Shown one piece after another: positions 23,070-30,013 of a stretch of DNA of 30,013 bases; position 1 is the stretch's first letter; the number at the start of each line of letters is the position of its first letter. A program made the position numbers and the translations under genes. The stretch is taken from positions 4,079,119 through 4,109,131 of the forward strand of contig MU004230.1 in NCBI GenBank assembly GCA_010405405.1. Reading direction: 5' to 3'. The notes below the pieces were generated by a model. That model was not told the origin of the DNA, did no database searches, and was given only the letters and a program-made list of their open reading frames with translations. The stretch is from Microthyrium microscopicum. Lineage: Eukaryota.

Positions 23070-24806
23070 TGTATTAAGGTAGAGGTAGAATTAGAAAAAT
23101 TAGAAGAAATTAGTATAAGATAGAAACGAGTGTATCTTGTAAAAAGAGTGTGAGTCGACAAAAATCGACAACAAGCACAAAAGCGAAAGACTATGAGCGA
23201 GATGGAAAAGTATTACTCTCTACAGAAACTAAAGCGGATCGTGGACGTTGCTACCTTTTCAATCTTTCTTGGTTTCTCAGAGCTCGGGTCCCAATCCCCT
23301 AGCACAACAGCACGACAGACCCCAAAAGCCTCTCTCCTTTTTCCAAGACATTGTTTTCGTAGTGGCGAGGTCGTGTGTAGACTTGGCAATAAGCCATCTT
23401 CATGCCTTGACAGCGTCAAGCATCCCTAAAGGCCTCAAGCATCTGGCCGTGGTTCCTGACTAGTCCACTTGCGGCTGTTACTTGAACATGAAAACCACAA
23501 AATCGTGTTCCAAGCGAAGACAAGCGTGATGGAAGGCAGTTGTCATCAAATAAGCCCTGCAGGGGTAGGAATGGATGCTAAATGGACCGTTTGTAGAGGC
23601 TCCAAGACTTATAGTTATCTAAATGCAAAAGGTATACTTTTAATAATCTAGTATTTTTTGATGCTAGTAGAGTATAGATCTTTAGGCGTATATAAAGCTA
23701 TATTAAATAAGATACTTTAAATAGATATTAAAGATCTAAGTAAACTTTAGACGTTTATTTATAGTAAATACTAAAATAGTAGTAGCATCTAAACTTTTTA
23801 TGGTTCTATTATCTTAATCTCTAAATGTATTTTTACCCTCTAAAGATAATTCGTAAACTCTCTAAAGAGTATTTATAAAGGATCTAATATATTTCTACCT
23901 AGATTAAGCCTCTAATTATCCTTTTAAGCCTAGCCTAATTTACTTCCCCTTATAGCTTAGAATTATATATAAATTACGATTAATCTAATTATTAGTAGAT
24001 ATAATAAATTATATAAATTGTATAATATAATAAATTAAATTAACTTAGATAATCTAAAATTAATCTTAACCTAGTAATATAATATAAATAGTTTAGTATA
24101 TAATACTAGCCTCTAAATAAGTACTTAGACAAGTACCTAAGCCTATCCCCATTTCTTAGTATAGTATTAAGTTTTACTAAGAATAGTATAAAATACCTAG
24201 AACTTACCTAAATCCCTTAAATTCTATATTAAGGTAATGTTCTAATCTATAAATAATATACTATTGCTCTCTAAGCTATCTAGATAATAGGTAAGATAGC
24301 TATTATTATTATTAGTAAATAGTAGTATATATATGCGTTAACTAACAATAGAAGAGATACTAATAAATAGTATAATAGTCTTATTAATGCTATAGATATA
24401 GTGTTTAGTAGCATTATTAATAATAGCACTACTATCCTTTATCTAAGCTTATATTAGATTAATTAGGAAGAATAGGCGCTAAGGGTTATTATTATTAAGC
24501 TAATATACTATAATTTACTAAATATATTTAAAGCACTTAGCCTTAGTCTAGCTATTAATATACTTTATAAAGCTCCTATAATGTATAGTAATCTAATTAT
24601 TAGTCTTAATTCTAGTACATAGTAATTAGTACTAAGGTCTAGTATAATAGTAATAATAGGTATAAGTATAAAGGATTAAGGAGTATTTAAAGATCCTACA
24701 CTAATAATAATAGGAATATTAGTTAAACTATTACTTAGTCTACTGCTTAATCTAATATATAAACTCGTAATACTTAAGCTATCGCTTAATTTATTACTAG
24801 CTTACA

Positions 24807-24848
24807 CTATAGATCTTACGCTATAGATCTTACGCTATAGATCTTACG
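24807..24848. repeat. 14-nt tandem repeat CTATAGATCTTACG x3 plus degenerate flanking copies
   Basis: Directly visible at 24807-24820, 24821-24834 and 24835-24848. Confidence 0.9.
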
Positions 24849-25039
24849 CTATACTTTACGTTATAGTACTACTTAATTACTTTATAGTTATATAATCTAT
24901 AATACTATAAGGCTATAAGGCTACTAGTCTTATAATAATAGTAAATAAAGTAGCTACTTAAGCATAGTAGAATTACATAATAGATTAGGTAGTAGACTAA
25001 GTAATAGTTTATATAGCATTCTTGTCTTTATAAGTATAA

Positions 25040-26783
25040 TAGGGCAAGTAACTTATAGCTTATTAGTAAAGGCAATCTTCTTATACTACAAAATTGTCTT
25101 CTTACCTATTCTAGAGATTTCTATATATACGTTAGAGTTATAAATAATTAACTATAGGATAGGTTACTTACTAGGTATACTATAGTCATAAAGGTAAGTA
25201 GCACTAAGCTTAACTATTAAGTTACCTTTAATCTTTTAACTATTAGTAGGTAGCTCTATAGTTTTGCGAACAAAATCTAGCTTAATATAACTAATAGCAT
25301 TAATATTAATAATACAACCCTATTTTTTAATAGACTTAGATTCCTCTAGCTTTTTAGTAGTATTAATATCTTTAAGACCTATTATTAAGTAATAGGATAA
25401 TAGATTAGGAACGTCTTTAGTAAGTAGCTTAAGCATCTTTATAACTTTAATTTCGTATAGCGTAAAGAAGTAAGCACTATTTAAAGTAAATAGAATACTA
25501 AGAAAGCAAAAGTCTATTAGCTATAAATTATATTTAGGATTATAATAATTTATATAAAGAATACGCTACTTAGTATGCCTATTAAAGAGTTAGATTATAA
25601 AAAAAGAGATTACTTAGAATATAACTTACTTATGCTTCTTCTTACTTATAAAGGTAGTTACTTAGCTTAGGGTTCTTATCTACTTCTTAGTAACGCCATA
25701 ATAAATACTAACGTAAAAGTTAGGTTAAGCTTTAATATTATAATATTCTATAGCACGCTTAGAGCAAGAATAGACTAATAGGTAGTTTATATTTAGTTTA
25801 ATATTATTAATATCTATAGGACTAGATATACTAGGTATAGGTACTAATATTAGAGTATTTAGGATAGCAGTAGGTATAGAAGCTAATAAGTACTAATAGA
25901 GACTTAATATATTAATAACTATAGAGATTGCTTTAGTATACTATATAGTATTTACGTCGCGAGACAAAGTAAGTTCCTTTAATCTAGTAGATTAAATAGT
26001 AGCCTATATAGTAGCTTCGTATAGCTTTTGCTAACTAATTTAACTACGTTAAACAATACTCTTAAAGTTAGCATTTTAAGTAGGTATTAAAGATAGCGCT
26101 AATATAACTATATTAAACTACGTAATATAAGTAAAGATAGAGATAAGGAAGTTAATAATTCCTACTTTGCTAAGACGAAGCTAGTTCTAATTACGTATAA
26201 GCTAGATATCTTATAAGAATATATAGTTAATACTAGTAAGAATAGTTTTTTAGAGATAATTTAGACGAAGCTAGAGTCAAAGCAAGTTTAGTATAACAAT
26301 TAACTACTAACTATGTTCTTATATTAAGTAATTATTTAAGTAATATAAGGAGTTAGTTAGTTAACTCTATCTAGATAGAAAAGCAAATAATAATAGCATT
26401 ATAACGTACTCGCAAGTAGTAGCCTTTTTAAATAAGCTCTTAATTAATAGCAAGTAAGCAAATTTACTAATATTAGAAAGCTTAGAGTAAGCTAAATTAG
26501 CTAGATAAGTTTAGATAGGATCCAGACCTAGAGCAATTTAAGTAAGGTATATTCTATTAGGATTTAGACTATAAGATACATTAAATTAGTCCTTAGCTGC
26601 TTAGGAACTAGTAACGACGTTATTAGTAAAGGTACGTATATGCTTAACTTCATAATTATATTAACTATAAGTAACTTTATTAAAGTCGTATAGATAACGC
26701 TTAATATCTTTAATAGTATAATATTAATAACTTTTCTTTATAGTTTAACCTTTTATACCTATATTAAACTACTACTACAGCAT
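25040..26783 (-). pseudogene. RIP-inactivated multi-exon gene of unrecognised family
   Basis: ATG at 26783 opens a protein-like frame whose stops are TAA/TAG (RIP products of CAA/CAG/TGG). Canonical 51-nt intron at 25629-25579 (GTAAGT...CTAAC...TAG). A 52-nt intron at 26322-26271 has its donor mutated from GTAAGA to ATAAGA and explains a frame switch. The 3' end is approximate. Confidence 0.55.
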
Positions 26784-27875
26784 ATCTCTAATGTAGGTAT
26801 ATATATAGCTAATAAAATAGATAGATTTACCATTAATCATAATATTAATACCCCGCGTAAAGGTTAAAAGAAAAAGTTTAATAGTATCTATAAGCTATAT
26901 TATAGTGCTTCTAAAGGGACCTAATATTAATAGCAAGGTATTTATTATTTAATTACGCTTAATGTTTAAGAGTCCTACAAGGAATAGGTAGACGCCTATT
27001 AAGGATTAGTATATATTTCAATAAAGACTAAAGCTATCTAGAAAAGTAAGAAGAGAGATAATAATTAATTAATAGTTAACTAGCAAGAGTATAGAAACTA
27101 GCCTATCTTAACCATAGTACTAAATCTTAAGCTTTATAGAGATTTAATAGCTTATAAGCAAAGAGTAAATTAACTTAGTACTATAAGTCTAGATATAGTA
27201 AATATACAATATTTATTAGTTTATAGGAATAGTAACATTACTTAGTAACTTAATAGCAAAGCTATATTAATAGTCTAACTTAAAGACAACTAATATACTT
27301 AAGTTAAGGTAAGGATATATTATATTGTTCTTAATAATAAAGTTAATAGTCTCCTTATTAATAATATACTTACGTTAAAAGAATTAACTAGGATATATAA
27401 CTCCTAGACAAATTAGTAAGTTTTATAAGTAGTTTTTCTTATTATATAGACTATCTTTATAAGGCTAAATTACATAGCCTAGCTTTATAGCAGGAAGCTC
27501 TTTACTCTTAGATTTATATTCTGCTAAGATCTTTAATATTATAGTATTATACTTTTTATTAAGCTTATCGTAGTTTAGAGTAACTATCTACTCACTAGCT
27601 AGCACTTTCTCCTAGGTAATAATTCGTTAGATCTTAATAACAATCTAACCTTTAAAAGTACTATAGACAAGTTTTAATTAATAGTTACAACTAACTATAA
27701 GTATACAACTAACGTAGATCTTTATATAGTATACAATAAGCGAACTAGAGACGTTAGGTAAATAACATATATACGCATTATTACTATAGCAATAGAACAT
27801 AATCTTAGAAGATAAGATAAAAGTATTCTTACTATTAATTGCATACTAGATATAAGCAAAAAATCTATTTAAAGT

Positions 27876-28201
27876 TGTAAGAATAGAAATACGAGTAGCG
27901 CCGTTATAAAGGTATAGAAAGGATGTAATTGGACTAGTGTTAACTAGCGTGTTATATTGTATACTGAATAATCGTATATAGAATCTCTAAAGCCTCTAGA
28001 ATTAGGAGGAATTCTAGGGCGTTAAATACACCTAAGGGAATAAAGATTATCTTAGCCTTTATTAGTAATCTACAAAGATCTAATAAAGATCTTTAATTAG
28101 ATTACAAAGATTTTTAATTAGATAACAAAGACTATAAAGAACTAATAGCCAAATAGGTTAGTTCTAAAAGAATACTAGTATTAAATCTAATTATTCTTAC
28201 A
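27876..28201 (-). repeat. 3' LTR (326 bp) of the Copia element
   Basis: Perfect 10-bp terminal inverted repeats TGTAAGAATA (27876-27885) and TATTCTTACA (28192-28201), directly adjacent to the polypurine tract. Confidence 0.85.
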
Positions 28202-28212
28202 CGCTTCCTTAA
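28202..28212 (-). other. Polypurine tract of the Copia element
   Basis: The minus strand reads TTAAGGAAGCG immediately before the LTR's TGT, ~200 nt downstream of the pol stop. Confidence 0.7.
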
Positions 28213-30013
28213 TATTTATTCTATTAGAATTTAATTTATTTAAGGTGTTTTTTAACTATAGTTAGACCTACTAACTATATCTTCTTATAATCTAGTATTT
28301 TAGATTATTTTTATAACTAATAATATAGTTATATTTTAACTTTTCTAATAAGTTAATTTAATAAGTAGATTTCTTACTTTCTTTATTATTTCTAGCTTTT
28401 TAGCTATTATTTATCTTCCAATTCCTAGATTAGGTGCTAGGTAATTAAATATAATAGAATTTAATCCTTTAGTAAATATATCTACTAGCTGATTCTTAGT
28501 ATTAATATAATTTAATACTACTATTTTATTTTGTACATTTTCTCTTACAAAGTAATATTGTATATCTATATATTTAGATCTAGCGTAGTGTTCTAGATTA
28601 TTAGCTAGTTCTATAGCAGATTTACTATCTATAAATATATTAACAGATTTATATTTAATTACATTAATTTCATTAAGTAATTCTCTTAGAAACATTAGTT
28701 CTTTAACTATTTCTTTTAAAGCAATATATTCTGCTTCGCAGCTAGATAATGCTACAGATTTCTATAGTTTACTAGACCAACTAATTACGTTATCTTCTAA
28801 TTTAAATACGTAACTAGTAGTAGATCGTCTAGAATCTAAATTACCCCTCCAATCTAAGTCCAAGAATCCTATTAGTTCTATATTAGATTAAGTTATTTTA
28901 CACTAGTTACTAGCTATATAAACTAGTTTATAATCTTTAGTGTAATTTAGATATTTCCACACTTTATCTAATAATTTAAAGTATTCTTCCAAGGGATTAG
29001 CTATAAATCTAGCGCAGAAACTAACAAAATATGCTATATCTAGCCTTATTTTAGTAGTTAAATAAATCAGCGCTCCTACCTATTGCTAGTATAGTTTTAA
29101 ATTAAATAAATTAATATTTTTATTGCTGTTTTTTCTACTTTTAACACCTAGTTCTACAGGTATAGAACAGGGCTTTAAATCCTCTTTATTAAACCATTTA
29201 ATAATATTATTTAAATATTTCTCTTAGCTTAATTCTAGTATTCTTCTAGATCTATCTCTTTTAATTTAAATTCCTAAGAATGTATTTACATCGCCTAAAT
29301 TAGTTACTTTTAGGTCTAAACGTAATTCAGTATAAAGATTATTAATATCTTTTAAACTTAGGCTAAATACTAATATGTCGTCCACGTAAACGAGAATTAT
29401 AATATTAGACTCTACATTCTTATATAAGCACAGCGAGATTATTTTAAATCTATACTTATTTAATACTATAGTTAGATAATTAAGCCATAGTCTAGGAGAC
29501 TATTTTAAGCCATATAGTGCTTTATTTAGCTTACATACTTTATTTTTAGTATTTTCTATTATAAATCCAGTTAGTTATTCTAGATAAATATCTTTATCTA
29601 TTTTAGCGTAAATAAATGCGTTTTTAATATCCTATTGCTATATTTCTAGATCTAGTAAATTACTTATAGAAAATAATATTCTATAAGCTTCTGCTCTACA
29701 CGTAGATGCATAGGTTTCGTCGTAATCTAAACCTAGTTCTTATATAAATCCTTTTACTACCCATCTAGCTTTATATTTAACTAGATTATTAAGGACGTCT
29801 ATTTTAATTTTATACACCTAGCGACCTCTAAGAACCTTTAAATCTATAGAATAATCTACTAAATTCTAGGTCTTTTATAGTTCTAATTCGTCTACTTCAG
29901 CTTTTATAGCTTCTAACCATTTATTTTTATCTAAGCTTTTAATAGCTTAATTATATATTTTAGGTTCTTTATTTAGTAGATTACTTTCTATTATAATAAA
30001 TACGTTATCTTCT

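Larger units (their letters stand above)
23600..30013. repeat. AT-rich isochore of RIP-degraded sequence
   Basis: Abrupt loss of GC near 23,600, strong TpA excess with CpA/TpG depletion by eye, and almost no ORFs of 60 aa or more. Stop codons stand where Gln/Trp are expected in the retroelement. The left boundary is approximate. Confidence 0.93.
27876..30013 (-). mobile_element. Ty1/Copia LTR retrotransposon, 3' part (RT-RNase H, PPT, 3' LTR), RIP-damaged, continues beyond the window
   Basis: Minus-strand translation: KARWVVKGFI*ELGLDYDETYA, DIKNAFIY, KLNKALYGLK*SPRLW, ILVYVDDILVF, DWRGNLDSRRSTTSYVF, ALSSCEAEYIA, RSKYIDIQYYFVRE. Pol stop at 28411. RNase H is the last domain, as in Copia. Confidence 0.95.

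Noticed and set aside
26950..27875. Possible further fossil ORF between the RIP-killed gene and the LTR
   Set aside because: No convincing protein-like frame or motif could be read by eye.
28411..28695. 94-aa ORF as an independent gene
   Set aside because: It is the surviving C-terminal RNase H fragment of the Copia pol.

Overview
Eukaryotic DNA from a filamentous ascomycete with active or past Repeat-Induced Point mutation (RIP). Evidence: short GT..CTAAC..AG introns of ~50 nt and a sharp isochore break. Bases 1 to ~23,600 are gene-rich. They hold an 8-exon secreted GH81 endo-1,3-beta-glucanase with an ANTPAP repeat stalk, a pirin, an FlbB-type bZIP transcription factor with a complex leader, an SH3BGR/thioredoxin-like protein, lipoyl synthase LIP5 and a conserved-looking nuclear hypothetical protein. 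Three secreted-protein genes follow: a 73-aa prepro-peptide with 8 Cys, a non-catalytic protein with two fungal SH3-like (putative peptidoglycan-binding) modules, and a CE4 chitin deacetylase with three CBM18 domains. From ~23,600 to the end the DNA is very AT/TpA-rich. It contains an intron-bearing gene fossil destroyed by RIP and the 3' half (RT, RNase H, PPT, 3' LTR) of a RIP-damaged Ty1/Copia retrotransposon. Exon boundaries were derived by hand from splice signals and reading-frame continuity. Family assignments come from recalled motifs; no database searches were run.
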